Of a stretch of DNA of 64,000 nt, positions 18,310-27,931 are shown piece after piece. The stretch lies in sequence record LC647030.1; one strand, written 5' to 3'. The position numbers and the translations under genes were made by a program. The stretch comes from Staphylococcus phage vB_SsapH-Golestan-100. The first letter of the stretch is position 1, and every line of letters starts with the position of its first letter. Under the pieces are notes generated by a model. It was given only the letters and a program-made list of their open reading frames with translations, had not been told where the DNA came from and did no database searches.

Positions 18310-18314
18310 ATTTC

Positions 18315-18872
18315 CTACACCCTTTCCATTCTCTTATTCATATATTTTAAGCTATTATAAAACTCTCTAGCGTGGTGCTTGTAATAGAAATTCTTTTTGT
18401 GAGACTTACCATTGTCATCAATCCATAAAACGTTCCATGTATTTGTATCTAGTGTGTCTGTTATGTCTTGAATAATACTTCTTATCATAATTAAGCACTC
18501 TCCACTTAGTCCTTCATTTAATGCTTCTTCTAATGCATCCATCTCTATGTCCTCATTAGCATAGCCTCTACCACCATAAAACAAGTAGTTTTCATAAGCA
18601 TCTCTAAAATCATAGAATCTAGTTTTAGAGCTTATATTAGGGTTAGCTAAAATGTCTTCACTCTTCTCCAACCAGTATTCCCTCAATTCATATATAGAAG
18701 GTTGTTCTACTTTGTCACTTCTTTTTACTACGTCTTTCTCTACCTTTAAGTCCTCTTTACTATAGTTACGTTCTTGTATCATAAACTCAACCCACTTTTT
18801 AACATCTTCTATATCTTCATAGATTTTGTCAACGTGGGATTTAACTGAACATAGGTATACTGCATAATGCAT
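18315..18872 (-). CDS. hypothetical protein, 185 aa
   Basis: GAGGAGGAGaatcaagATG. Confidence 0.6.
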   Translation of the reverse strand: MHYAVYLCSVKSHVDKIYEDIEDVKKWVEFMIQERNYSKEDLKVEKDVVKRSDKVEQPSIYELREYWLEKSEDILANPNISSKTRFYDFRDAYENYLFYGGRGYANEDIEMDALEEALNEGLSGECLIMIRSIIQDITDTLDTNTWNVLWIDDNGKSHKKNFYYKHHAREFYNSLKYMNKRMERV

Positions 18873-19194
18873 CTTGATTCTCCTCCTCTTCTTCTTCTTT
18901 CCATCCTATAGTAATGTAACCTATATAAGTTTCTTGGTCATTACTATAACTACTTACAGTATAACCTTTATCTAACAATTTGTCAATTATCCATTCTTTT
19001 GTAGCTTCATTTATGCTGTAATTAAAGAAGTCTGCTTTAGTACTAAAAAGCCCTTTATGTGTTGCTACGTGAATTTTATAGTTAACTTCACACCACATTA
19101 CGTAGTATCCTCCTAGTTTGCTTACCTTCTCTCTATCCTTTTTAAACCGTTTCTTTTGTTTTTCTGATTTTCTTCTAGCTTTGTTGCTATTCAT
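18841..19194 (-). CDS. hypothetical protein with basic N-terminus, 117 aa
   Basis: AAGGAGGGGtagtAATG. Confidence 0.55.
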   Translation of the reverse strand: MNSNKARRKSEKQKKRFKKDREKVSKLGGYYVMWCEVNYKIHVATHKGLFSTKADFFNYSINEATKEWIIDKLLDKGYTVSSYSNDQETYIGYITIGWKEEEEEENQDALCSIPMFS

Positions 19195-19237
19195 TACTAC
19201 CCCTCCTTAATTAACCCTTCCTATTTAATGTACCTTT

Positions 19238-19275
19238 ATTGTATAATAAAAAAGAACCTAAGTCAATAGGTTCTT
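19238..19275 (-). promoter_or_regulatory. second composite terminator plus promoter (TTGACT-17-TACAAT spanning the hairpin)
   Basis: Stem aagaaccta / taggttctt; minus strand TTGACT-taggttcttttttatta-TACAAT. Confidence 0.55.
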
Positions 19276-19287
19276 TAATAATAAATG

Positions 19288-19800
19288 TTAACTTTTATAG
19301 AATACTTCGATAGAAACAATTTGATTACCATTTACCACTATTTGATGATTGTTTCTTTCTACTACTAGACACTTATGCTCCCCACTTATACACTTCATAG
19401 CATTCTGTGCTAACTCTCCTAAGCTAACGTGTGGAGCAAGGTCTTCCTTATCAAAGTGCTCTCTAAACCCTTCAGTCTTGAAAATTACAATACCACTAAT
19501 TTCTTTTTCAGGTTCCTCTTTACCCTCTGCAATCCTTCCCGCTAAGTCAATTTGATTGTTAAAGAACTCTAGGTCATCAACATCTGTACCTTTTAGTTTG
19601 ACTCCATTAGTTCCTGGTAGTTCTTTACCAACAATAAACCGATTAAGAAAAGAAGTATAGTGTAATAACTTAAGAATTTTATCATCCTTTAGGTTTTCAA
19701 CCTTACTCAATCTAGCTCTAAGTTCTTTTTGTATTTTAGCATCCACTATAACTATTACAGTTAAACCAATAACTAAAAGACATAATACTGCGTATACCAT
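19288..19800 (-). CDS. N-terminally membrane-anchored protein, 170 aa
   Basis: N-terminal TM helix MVYAVLCLLVIGLTVIVIV. Confidence 0.6.
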   Translation of the reverse strand: MVYAVLCLLVIGLTVIVIVDAKIQKELRARLSKVENLKDDKILKLLHYTSFLNRFIVGKELPGTNGVKLKGTDVDDLEFFNNQIDLAGRIAEGKEEPEKEISGIVIFKTEGFREHFDKEDLAPHVSLGELAQNAMKCISGEHKCLVVERNNHQIVVNGNQIVSIEVFYKS

Positions 19801-19820
19801 CTCTAATTCCTCCTTTTAAT

Positions 19821-20003
19821 TTACAATTCATTCATATGTTCAAGCATGTTATCATAGATAGCAAAAATTATGCTACCTGCAATTGGTAAGAAAAAGTCTA
19901 TAGGCTCATCGTACCAAATATTTGTACCTAACCAACCAAACAAAAAGTTAAAAAATAGTATACCACTAAAATAACCGATAAACTTCTCTAGTATACGCAG
20001 CAT
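19821..20003 (-). CDS. small membrane protein, 60 aa
   Basis: AAGGAGGAG RBS; hydrophobic. Confidence 0.5.
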   Translation of the reverse strand: MLRILEKFIGYFSGILFFNFLFGWLGTNIWYDEPIDFFLPIAGSIIFAIYDNMLEHMNEL

Positions 20004-20482
20004 TCCTGCTCCTCCTTAGTTACCCACGTAGCACATAATACCCCATCTCTATCTCTATAAATAAAAGGCTCTACATTGTTAATGTCATATTGTCTTTGAT
20101 ACTTAGAGTTTGTTCTTCTTTTTTCCATTTCATTAAACTCTAGTATGTGACCTTTTAAAATCGTAAGTAACCTTTTATTTAGTTTCTCATTATCTTCTAA
20201 CCTTAGTTTATTTCTAGGAATCCAACAGTAACCAGCAGAACCTACAAGAAGTGTAACTTTCTCATTAGATACATAACCTTTCATGTCTAGTGACAGTACT
20301 AAATGAGTAAAACTAGGTCTAAACTCTCTATCTGAGTCTAAAAACATTCTATGCAACTTGTTTTCCATAGTATCTAATTTCTCTTTACGTTCATTGTTTC
20401 CCAGCATCATGTATCTGTCTGTGTATGGGCTATCTGTTAGTAGCTCCCTTTTATAAACTTTTAGTTCACTAAAAGCAATCAT
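19988..20482 (-). CDS. hypothetical protein (~164 aa; start at MIAFSELK)
   Basis: AAGGAGGAGtatactaATG. Confidence 0.55.
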   Translation of the reverse strand: MIAFSELKVYKRELLTDSPYTDRYMMLGNNERKEKLDTMENKLHRMFLDSDREFRPSFTHLVLSLDMKGYVSNEKVTLLVGSAGYCWIPRNKLRLEDNEKLNKRLLTILKGHILEFNEMEKRRTNSKYQRQYDINNVEPFIYRDRDGVLCATWVTKEEQECCVY

Positions 20483-20627
20483 TAGTATACTCCTCCTTAT
20501 CCTTTTCAGGAGAGCCACCCTCATTTTCAAATCTTTCCAACTGCGCTCTTAGTTCTTTGTTTTCTCTTCTAAGTTCCTCATTTTCCTTTATTAAAGCTTC
20601 TTGGTAATCGTAGTCATATTTATTCAT
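20469..20627 (-). CDS. 52-aa coiled-coil peptide (not in the ORF track)
   Basis: GGAGGttatttatATG; MNKYDYDYQEALIKENEELRRENKELRAQLERFENEGGSPEKDKEEYTNDCF; overlaps the next start out of frame. Confidence 0.4.
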   Translation of the reverse strand: MNKYDYDYQEALIKENEELRRENKELRAQLERFENEGGSPEKDKEEYTNDCF

Positions 20628-20647
20628 ATAAATAACCTCCTAGAATT

Positions 20648-20983
20648 TTAATCCCAATTTATTCCTAAATCTAAAACCTCAGATGTTAAGTCTTCCTCAT
20701 ACTTCATCATAGACTCAATTAAACCTCCTAGCTTTTTATGGCTTCTGTAGGCATGGGAGTCCCTTAGAATGAATTCACCACAAGGATTCTCTTCCATACT
20801 TACTACCTCTCTATCAACATAAGTACTTGTTACAAATAACTTAATAGCAATGTCCTTTTTTGTGAAGAATAAGAAGAAAGAAGTACTCCCTAAATGAACA
20901 TCGTCTAGTTCATACCCTTTAATAGATTTTCCTTTATTGAGTAAAAAGTAGTTATAAACTTTGATAATATTATTCTTTTTCAT
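20648..20983 (-). CDS. hypothetical protein, 111 aa
   Basis: ATAGGAGGAtacagaATG. Confidence 0.6.
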   Translation of the reverse strand: MKKNNIIKVYNYFLLNKGKSIKGYELDDVHLGSTSFFLFFTKKDIAIKLFVTSTYVDREVVSMEENPCGEFILRDSHAYRSHKKLGGLIESMMKYEEDLTSEVLDLGINWD

Positions 20984-20994
20984 TCTGTATCCTC

Positions 20995-21564
20995 CTATTC
21001 AAATGACTCTAGATAATCATCTAGCTCTCTTTGTTTAGCTTCCATCTCACTTTGCAAACCTGCATTGTCAATCTCACTTTGTAACTTATCTACAACTTTT
21101 GAATCAGGGTAAAGCTCTCCTTGACTGTTATCCCCTTCTACACCTTCATTACTTAGCTTGAAGTCTATGCCATCAATCTCCCCTGTATAGTTTAAGCTAG
21201 CAATGTACTCTTCACCTTTAGGATTCACATAGCTAACAGCTTTTCCAGGGTTCATTGTCCAAGTATTACCTTCTTGGTCAACGATTCCATTAACATCTTT
21301 ACCTTCATCAATCATATTCAATACGTCTACCATTTCAGGTGTTGTGTTTTCTTCTGTAGTGTTGTTTTGTTCAGAACTTTGTTGATTATCATCACCCTTT
21401 GGTGTTGACTGTTCTGTTGAACTCTCTCCTTTCTTGTTTTGCTGTGATACTTTGTTACTGCTTAATTCCTTAACGTTGTCTCTAGTGTCAAAGTAGGCAA
21501 ATACTCCAAAACCTAATGCTCCTATAAGTGCTACTGCTATAATTGTTAATAATACATTTTTCAT
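20995..21564 (-). CDS. secreted or membrane-anchored protein, 189 aa
   Basis: N-terminal signal/TM MKNVLLTIIAVALIGALGFGVFAYF, then an S/Q/N-rich linker. Confidence 0.65.
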   Translation of the reverse strand: MKNVLLTIIAVALIGALGFGVFAYFDTRDNVKELSSNKVSQQNKKGESSTEQSTPKGDDNQQSSEQNNTTEENTTPEMVDVLNMIDEGKDVNGIVDQEGNTWTMNPGKAVSYVNPKGEEYIASLNYTGEIDGIDFKLSNEGVEGDNSQGELYPDSKVVDKLQSEIDNAGLQSEMEAKQRELDDYLESFE

Positions 21565-21632
21565 AATTAATACCTCCTTGTTTTATATAATACTACTATA
21601 GCATGTTACTTTTGCTATGTCAACAACTTTCT

Positions 21633-21932
21633 TTAAATTCTGTTATACATTTCTTTACACATGTATCTGATGAAGATTGCCATTGCATAGTTCATATTAA
21701 CATCTTCATTTTTAAGATAAAAATCATATATAAAATCCCATGCGATAAAAGATATATAAGAGTCTACTACTGTACTACCTTTTCTAACTTCAAAACTTAG
21801 AACTCCATCCTTATAACTTTTGACTTTAAATTCTGAATCAGTATTTAGTTTCTTAGGGAAGTGCAACCATCCTTTTTCATAAAGGTATTCTACTGAGTTA
21901 TCAAATGCTCTTTTTGCTATATCTTGTTTCAT
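21633..21932 (-). CDS. hypothetical protein (~99 aa; start at MKQDIAK)
   Basis: AAGGAGGttttatttATG. Confidence 0.55.
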   Translation of the reverse strand: MKQDIAKRAFDNSVEYLYEKGWLHFPKKLNTDSEFKVKSYKDGVLSFEVRKGSTVVDSYISFIAWDFIYDFYLKNEDVNMNYAMAIFIRYMCKEMYNRI

Positions 21933-21962
21933 AAATAAAACCTCCTTAATGTTTATACTATA

Positions 21963-21991
21963 AGTATACACTAAGGAGATTAGTAAGTCAA
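21963..21991 (-). promoter_or_regulatory. minus-strand promoter (TTGACT-17-TATACT)
   Basis: Revcomp of 21963-21991 reads TTGACT tactaatctccttagtg TATACT. Confidence 0.5.
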
Positions 21992-22000
21992 CTATTTTAT

Positions 22001-22768
22001 TTAATTTATAACACCATATTGTTTATTATATTCTGCGATAGTACCTCTGTTCTCTAGTTCTTCAAAACGCTCATCCATTTCATGGTTACGTAGAATACTT
22101 TCTACTACTTCTACCACAGGATGTCTTTGAACTTCCGTTAAGTTAAGGTGGTCAAAGAACTTCTTGTCTTTATCCTTCTTATATAGACCATCTAGTAACT
22201 GATACAAACCATTGCTCTCAGGTTTTCTTAGTGTCTTATCATCACACTGAGCAAAGTTACCTAAGAAAATAAATTTACTATTATTACCAGCTCTAGTAGC
22301 AATTGCACTGATTGTGTTTATGTCTAAGTTTTGAGCTTCATCAATAATAAAGTATACATCATTCAGTGAACGTCCACGTATAGACTGGATAGAGTCGAAG
22401 AAGACTTTTTTACGTGATTCATCTTTACCTTCCATTAATATATAGTCTTTAATGTTACTCTTCTTATCCATGACTTCTAGGTTATCCATAAAAGGAGCTA
22501 CAAATGGGAAAATCTTGTCTTGAGAGTCACCTGGTAAGAACCCTTGAGCCATTCCTATCTCTACTTGTAGTCTAGTGTAAATAAGCTTACGGTAATCTTT
22601 CTGCTCAATAACCTGCTCTAGTCCTACTGCTTGAGAGATTAATGATTTACCACAACCACTTTGTCCTGAAATAAAAGTAAAAGGTTTGTTGTTTGTTAAA
22701 TATTGAAAAGCTAACTCTTGTTCCTCATTTTGAGCACTAATTCCAAAATATGACATATAATGTACCAT
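22001..22768 (-). CDS. phoH: PhoH-like P-loop ATPase
   Basis: Walker A GQSGCGKS, Walker B IIDEAQN; start could be the second ATG (22756). Confidence 0.85.
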   Translation of the reverse strand: MVHYMSYFGISAQNEEQELAFQYLTNNKPFTFISGQSGCGKSLISQAVGLEQVIEQKDYRKLIYTRLQVEIGMAQGFLPGDSQDKIFPFVAPFMDNLEVMDKKSNIKDYILMEGKDESRKKVFFDSIQSIRGRSLNDVYFIIDEAQNLDINTISAIATRAGNNSKFIFLGNFAQCDDKTLRKPESNGLYQLLDGLYKKDKDKKFFDHLNLTEVQRHPVVEVVESILRNHEMDERFEELENRGTIAEYNKQYGVIN

Positions 22769-22978
22769 CCTCTTTAGTTTATTTAACTTCAGTTCTTCCT
22801 ATAATATAATACTTATGATAAATGCTGAGGTGTATAGAGTTACTACCACACCAGCTAGTATAGCATCAATCTTATCATTCTTCTTTATGCTATGGATAAT
22901 AATGAAAATATTAGCACCTATAAATGCAATCATTATTAATGCCATGAATACCACAGCCATAATCATTCCTACACTCAT

Positions 22979-23386
22979 CTACTCACCGCAAATCCATAAG
23001 TAACCAAAAATCATTTTAAGGTCATCAAAGATAAGCTTTTTATAGTACTCATCTTGTTTATCATTATCTGTATCTAGCCACTTACTGATGTTTTTTCTGA
23101 TAAATTTAATTACATTCTCTTCAGTTCTGTTAATACCATCACTGCAATTGAATATTCTATAGTCCAAATCTACCCTAACCCCAGCTTCCTGTAAGAATAA
23201 TCCTAATTGTGCGTATAACTGAACCATAAAGTATCTATCAAAGTTTACCATTGCACTACTTGTAAAACCATAGTGAGCAAATTGTGCTTCCTCTTTAGGT
23301 GTTTTAGGTGCAGGGCTGATATTGTGTAGTTCTTTGTCCGTGTCCGATAAGTTCAATCCTTCATACAAAGTTCCTTTAAAGTTCAT
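22979..23386 (-). CDS. hypothetical protein, 135 aa
   Basis: ORF. Confidence 0.55.
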   Translation of the reverse strand: MNFKGTLYEGLNLSDTDKELHNISPAPKTPKEEAQFAHYGFTSSAMVNFDRYFMVQLYAQLGLFLQEAGVRVDLDYRIFNCSDGINRTEENVIKFIRKNISKWLDTDNDKQDEYYKKLIFDDLKMIFGYLWICGE

Positions 23387-23461
23387 ATAATTCCTCCTAT
23401 TTAGCTTTTTTAGCTTGAATTTTTCTTTGGTACTCTTTTAAGTCTTGTCTTTAACTAGGTG

Positions 23462-23860
23462 TTAACATTCAAATTCCTCCTTTATCTCATCAACTGTATC
23501 CCCAAACTCATTTACAATGTCCAAAGCTAAGTCGTTAAGGTTAATTTTAGGGTCTTGCTTAATTAAAGCTATACCTACTATTAGAGAGAAGATAGAAGTA
23601 GAATCCATCTCTACACTGTTATTGACCTTCAAGGACTCCTTAACTTTAGAGAACAGCTTAGCTTGTTGTTCTGATTCAAATCTCGTATTATCTACAACCC
23701 ACTTACCTTTAATAACTTCAATCTTTAATTCAGCGGGTTCATACCCTTCTGAATCTGCATAGTCTAAAGCTTCTTCATTAGAGTCAAAGTCTTTAAACCA
23801 TCCATTACCTGTTCTGAGAGTTAATCTATAGATGTCTTTTTCTTTTTTAATATTATCCAT
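23462..23860 (-). CDS. hypothetical protein, 132 aa
   Basis: ORF. Confidence 0.55.
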   Translation of the reverse strand: MDNIKKEKDIYRLTLRTGNGWFKDFDSNEEALDYADSEGYEPAELKIEVIKGKWVVDNTRFESEQQAKLFSKVKESLKVNNSVEMDSTSIFSLIVGIALIKQDPKINLNDLALDIVNEFGDTVDEIKEEFEC

Positions 23861-23875
23861 AACAATAACCTCCTA

Positions 23876-24367
23876 TTAATTAAACTTACTGAATGCTCCA
23901 TGTCTCTCGAATCCTGTAACTAAACTCTTATACTCCCTCTTAAATACCTTATAGTTATTTGTCATAATTGTAAAGTTTTCAAACTCCTCTTGCTTAGCTA
24001 ACTGATTAACACCAAAGTGTTCTTCAATATAAGTAATATGAGGTAAGTCAAGTACATTCTCCTTAGAGCCATCATCTAGTTCATGATACATAAGCACGCC
24101 TACTAGTGAATCTGCTGTTGACCATAAAGGTCTCTCTTTGTTAGACTCATACATGTTATCGTAACTGCTTGTTAAGTTATCTGTCTTGTACGCTATTAAA
24201 ACATCACTACTAGTTAGAAACTCTCCAAATTTATCCTCTGTTTCTTTATATAAACATTTACTACCTTCTTTATACTCAAACCATAATACATCTTCTAAAG
24301 GTATAAAGAAGCTTTCTAAATTCTCTAATTGTAACTCTAAATAAGTTTTCATATTATCTCTCCTCAT
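23876..24367 (-). CDS. hypothetical protein, 163 aa
   Basis: ORF. Confidence 0.55.
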   Translation of the reverse strand: MRRDNMKTYLELQLENLESFFIPLEDVLWFEYKEGSKCLYKETEDKFGEFLTSSDVLIAYKTDNLTSSYDNMYESNKERPLWSTADSLVGVLMYHELDDGSKENVLDLPHITYIEEHFGVNQLAKQEEFENFTIMTNNYKVFKREYKSLVTGFERHGAFSKFN

Positions 24368-24515
24368 AATGTACTATCGCTACATGGTCTCCTGTTGAAC
24401 CATCAAAATAACAACTTATATTCAAAACTGTTACTCCAGCTTTTCTAACAAAACTATTCAATTCTTTTTGTAACTCAAATGCGTATTCCTTCTTAAACAT
24501 TTTTACCTTTTCCAT

Positions 24516-24941
24516 CTACTCCACCAACCTTCCATCACGCCAAATTAAAGTATGAGTTCCGTCATCGTTTACAATGTGGAGTGTTTTCACTGATTCTCCA
24601 TGCATCCCTGCTTTATCCAACATAAGTTTAATTGTATAGTCTTCATCTATTCTCGCACGCTGATAACCAAAGCCATTCTCTAAATACGTCTTTTTAAATG
24701 TTGTCATTAGCTTAGGTATCACCGTATCTTCTGTTAATTCTTCCTCTATTTCTACAGTGAAGGTATCACTTTTATCTACTGTGCTTGAAAATTGAGGCAA
24801 TCCTGATTCATTAAAAAACACTTCTGAAATATACTCTTCAACATTACTAGCTCTATACCATGTGTTTGTTACATCGTTTTCAAATCCCCACTCAATCAAC
24901 TGTGGTAAACTCATAGTTTTCTTAGTTTTAATTTTAACCAT
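24516..24941 (-). CDS. hypothetical protein, 141 aa
   Basis: ORF. Confidence 0.55.
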   Translation of the reverse strand: MVKIKTKKTMSLPQLIEWGFENDVTNTWYRASNVEEYISEVFFNESGLPQFSSTVDKSDTFTVEIEEELTEDTVIPKLMTTFKKTYLENGFGYQRARIDEDYTIKLMLDKAGMHGESVKTLHIVNDDGTHTLIWRDGRLVE

Positions 24942-24942
24942 A

Positions 24943-25347
24943 TTACTTTTCCTCCCTTATATGATACATACTTAGTATCTCTTCTTTAATGTCTTCATCA
25001 AAGTTTTTAAAGTATGAACTAGTTCTATTATACTTGCTAGGTTTAGCTCTGTCAATACATCCTATACTTAATCTATTTTTAACATTGTTCAGCCTAGTAC
25101 GACCTCCTAAACTCTCATACATAACCTCTAGCTCTTCTAGATGGGCTTTTTTAAGTCTACGCTCTTGTAGAAATCTCTGTGTGTGTAAGTACATTTGTGT
25201 ACCTTCTGATGCACTAAAGTTGGTATCTGCAATTTTATTAAATATGCGTACCATATCCTCATCCAATTTCTTTATCTCCAGTCTATACATCTCTATTGAT
25301 GACTCTAAAGCAGCTAACTCTGCATAAATAATCGCAATTGAGTTCAT
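24943..25347 (-). CDS. hypothetical protein, 134 aa
   Basis: AAGGGGGtaaacgttaATG. Confidence 0.55.
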   Translation of the reverse strand: MNSIAIIYAELAALESSIEMYRLEIKKLDEDMVRIFNKIADTNFSASEGTQMYLHTQRFLQERRLKKAHLEELEVMYESLGGRTRLNNVKNRLSIGCIDRAKPSKYNRTSSYFKNFDEDIKEEILSMYHIREEK

Positions 25348-26014
25348 TAACGTTTACCCCCTTATCAGTTAAGTAGTTCTTAATAGCAATATACTCTCTC
25401 ATACCACCAAGACGTTCAAATTCCTTTTTCATAGAAGCTAATGATGTGCTCTTTTCTGTCTCTCTAGACTTTCTTACTTGATACTGTAAAGCTTTCATAA
25501 CATTGTACATGTCAGAGGCTCCCATTACTTCTGATTCTATAGTATGATAGATGTCTTGTATCTCTTTGTTGTAAGAGTTAAAATCTTTATCCTGTGAGTT
25601 CTCTTTCTCTAATATGGAATTTTTAAGCTCTTTCATATGTCTAAACTTATTTACATGCTTATCTTCAGGATTTGGTTTCTTCAAAAGCTTTTGGTATTTC
25701 TTTGGTATCTTACCCATTTCATTTTCCTCCTTTTTTAATAACCGTTTTACGTAATCAGAACCAAAGTTCTTACTTGCATACATAGAAGTCAGTTGCTTAG
25801 CTGTGTAACTTACGTAGCTGTGTTCGTGGAAATAACTTTGTAACTTTCCTATAATCTCATTACTTTTCTTTTTTAGCTTATCACGTTCTGCTACTATCTT
25901 ATGAGGTATTGTGTTACCCTCCACTAATGTATTAGGGTTAACTAATAGTTGCTCCTTCATAGGTTTTACTTCCTCTAGTATAGATATTACGTAGTCTGTA
26001 TTAAAATCTTCCAT
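25283..26014 (-). CDS. hypothetical protein, 243 aa (65-nt overlap with the downstream gene)
   Basis: ORF with A/G-rich RBS. Confidence 0.55.
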   Translation of the reverse strand: MEDFNTDYVISILEEVKPMKEQLLVNPNTLVEGNTIPHKIVAERDKLKKKSNEIIGKLQSYFHEHSYVSYTAKQLTSMYASKNFGSDYVKRLLKKEENEMGKIPKKYQKLLKKPNPEDKHVNKFRHMKELKNSILEKENSQDKDFNSYNKEIQDIYHTIESEVMGASDMYNVMKALQYQVRKSRETEKSTSLASMKKEFERLGGMREYIAIKNYLTDKGVNVNELNCDYLCRVSCFRVINRDV

Positions 26015-26071
26015 TATAATGCCCTCTTCCTTTTATATCTCTGCCACCTTTTTAGGTAGCAGGTAAGATGA

Positions 26072-26494
26072 TTATAACAACTCTGTCATAACTTTGTCAA
26101 GCTCTTCTACTTCATCTCTTGTAACTTGAATAAAGTTATTATTAATTTCAAAGTTAATAATGTCTGCGCCTTGAACATAAAACAAGTTCTTGATAAAGTC
26201 TCCGACAACTGATACGATTTCTTCCTTAGTTACAAACTCTAAGTCATAAAACCAAGTGATTTTACGTCCTAATCTTGCAAAGTATCTATCATTCATTGTT
26301 CTAGTCTTACGGACTAATAATCCTGTAGCTTCTTCTGATGAGAAGTCCACATCTGCAAACTCTGATTCAATTGCGTTCCCTAATACTTCATTGACATCGT
26401 AGTAGTCATCCATAAACCTTGCATCTACATAGCTATTACCTTCTGTATCTGATTCAGGTACTAATACTGAGATTCTATTCTTTAATACTAACAT
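26072..26494 (-). CDS. hypothetical acidic protein, 140 aa
   Basis: ORF. Confidence 0.55.
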   Translation of the reverse strand: MLVLKNRISVLVPESDTEGNSYVDARFMDDYYDVNEVLGNAIESEFADVDFSSEEATGLLVRKTRTMNDRYFARLGRKITWFYDLEFVTKEEIVSVVGDFIKNLFYVQGADIINFEINNNFIQVTRDEVEELDKVMTELL

Positions 26495-26645
26495 TAAAAT
26501 TCCCCATTTCCTTTGTGTTTTTGTTTTCTAGTGTATTTAGTCTTGTCTTGCTTAATCTGAGTTTGGGGTTTTATCTCCCAAGTTGCTCTTGTCTGACTAA
26601 GCTTTCCTATAGTAGTTCTTTTTCTTTTCAATATAAACCCTCCTA

Positions 26646-26828
26646 TTAGTAAAAGTACTGCATTACTGAAGCTCTACCCATCAAGTAGAACGTTAAAGCT
26701 GTCCATATCAATAATATACCACATATTACTAATGTTGGAATTGTGATTTCATACGTAGGTGTCAAACTTCTAAATAAGAATATAACCATCGGAATTGCGA
26801 AAATGATAAAAATGAAAAACATCATCTT
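26646..26828 (-). CDS. small membrane protein (~60 aa; start at MMFFIF)
   Basis: AAAGAGGtttttaagATGATG; two TM helices; the track ORF is extended by the poly-A reading. Confidence 0.45.
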   Translation of the reverse strand, partial: KMMFFIFIIFAIPMVIFLFRSLTPTYEITIPTLVICGILLIWTALTFYLMGRASVMQYFY

Positions 26829-26842
26829 AAAAACCTCTTTTC

Positions 26843-26864
26843 TTTTTTTTTTTTTTTTTTGACA
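26843..26864 (+). promoter_or_regulatory. T18 homopolymer immediately abutting a TTGACA -35 box (divergent promoter region)
   Basis: T18 at 26843-26860 running into TTGACA 26859-26864; the -10 is weak or unclear. Confidence 0.35.
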
Positions 26865-26914
26865 TTTATAGATAAGTATGCTAAGGTAGTTATATACAAT
26901 AAGGAGGAGATTGA

Positions 26915-27373
26915 ATGCGCAATATAGTAACAAGAGGTAGATTATATGAATTATTTATGGAAGATAGTGAGAGAAGTAAACTTAATAAAGGTGATTTTAT
27001 AGCTAAAATGCCTAGTATTAGACACGACAAAGAAGAAAAAGGCATTAAGTTTTATTTCAACTTTACTAAAGATAACAATAATAGTGATTTTGACTCATTT
27101 ACTATCTTAGTAACTACCGATAGAGAACATTTAGAAAAAGACAGTATAGAACTAGCACTTATAGGTATGAAACCAGGAGTAGTGTTTAAAAAAGTAAACA
27201 ATGATTTTGATACATTCTTTAAAACGTTTATTCAATTAAGAGATGAATATATAGAGTTTAAAGGTGAATTTAAAGAATCAAACAAAGAAAAAATAAAAAT
27301 AAGTAGAGAAGTAGAAGAGTTAAGGAATAAAGAAATGAAAGCTATGAAGGATTCTTTAAATAAATATGTATAA
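26915..27373 (+). CDS. hypothetical protein, 152 aa
   Basis: ATAAGGAGGAG RBS. Confidence 0.6.
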   Translation: MRNIVTRGRLYELFMEDSERSKLNKGDFIAKMPSIRHDKEEKGIKFYFNFTKDNNNSDFDSFTILVTTDREHLEKDSIELALIGMKPGVVFKKVNNDFDTFFKTFIQLRDEYIEFKGEFKESNKEKIKISREVEELRNKEMKAMKDSLNKYV

Positions 27374-27390
27374 ATTAGGAGGTAATAAAT

Positions 27391-27753
27391 ATGGGTATTA
27401 ATTTATCTAAAATAACAAAAGAAAATGAAGATTTAATACGTCAAAGTTTTAGAGATAACTTAGATGAGATAGAAGAGTTATTTGTTAAAGACTTAAAGTT
27501 TGTGGCAGACGTAGACAGCGTTGGAAGACCTGGTGAAAATCTACCTCAATATATTGAAAAGCTTATGGATTCTTTTAAAGAGTTAAATATAACAAAACAA
27601 AGAATAAGTCATTTAACAGAAGCTAACCGTTCTGCTAGAGAGATAAACAAACACTTATTAGGTGAAGATGCCTACAAGCGTACACAAGAGGTATTAGAGC
27701 TTGTGAACAGCATTGTAAACAAGGAGGACTATGAAGATGAGAATATTTTTTAG
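27391..27753 (+). CDS. hypothetical protein, 120 aa
   Basis: TTAGGAGGT RBS. Confidence 0.6.
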   Translation: MGINLSKITKENEDLIRQSFRDNLDEIEELFVKDLKFVADVDSVGRPGENLPQYIEKLMDSFKELNITKQRISHLTEANRSAREINKHLLGEDAYKRTQEVLELVNSIVNKEDYEDENIF

Positions 27754-27928
27754 CGGAGCTTTTACAGCTATCGTAATTTACTTTATATTAAAAGTTTTAT
27801 TGTTGTTATCAGGTATGAATATAGATGGGCTAAAAGGTGATGAGTTGTATACTGTGAACTGCATATTAGTTATGGCATTCATTTGCGGTGCAGTAAGTCA
27901 AGCTATAAAACAGATAAAGGAGGGATAA
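27737..27928 (+). CDS. small membrane protein (~63 aa)
   Basis: GGAGG 9 nt before the ATG at 27737; two TM helices. Confidence 0.5.
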   Translation: MRIFFSGAFTAIVIYFILKVLLLLSGMNIDGLKGDELYTVNCILVMAFICGAVSQAIKQIKEG

Positions 27929-27931
27929 AGT

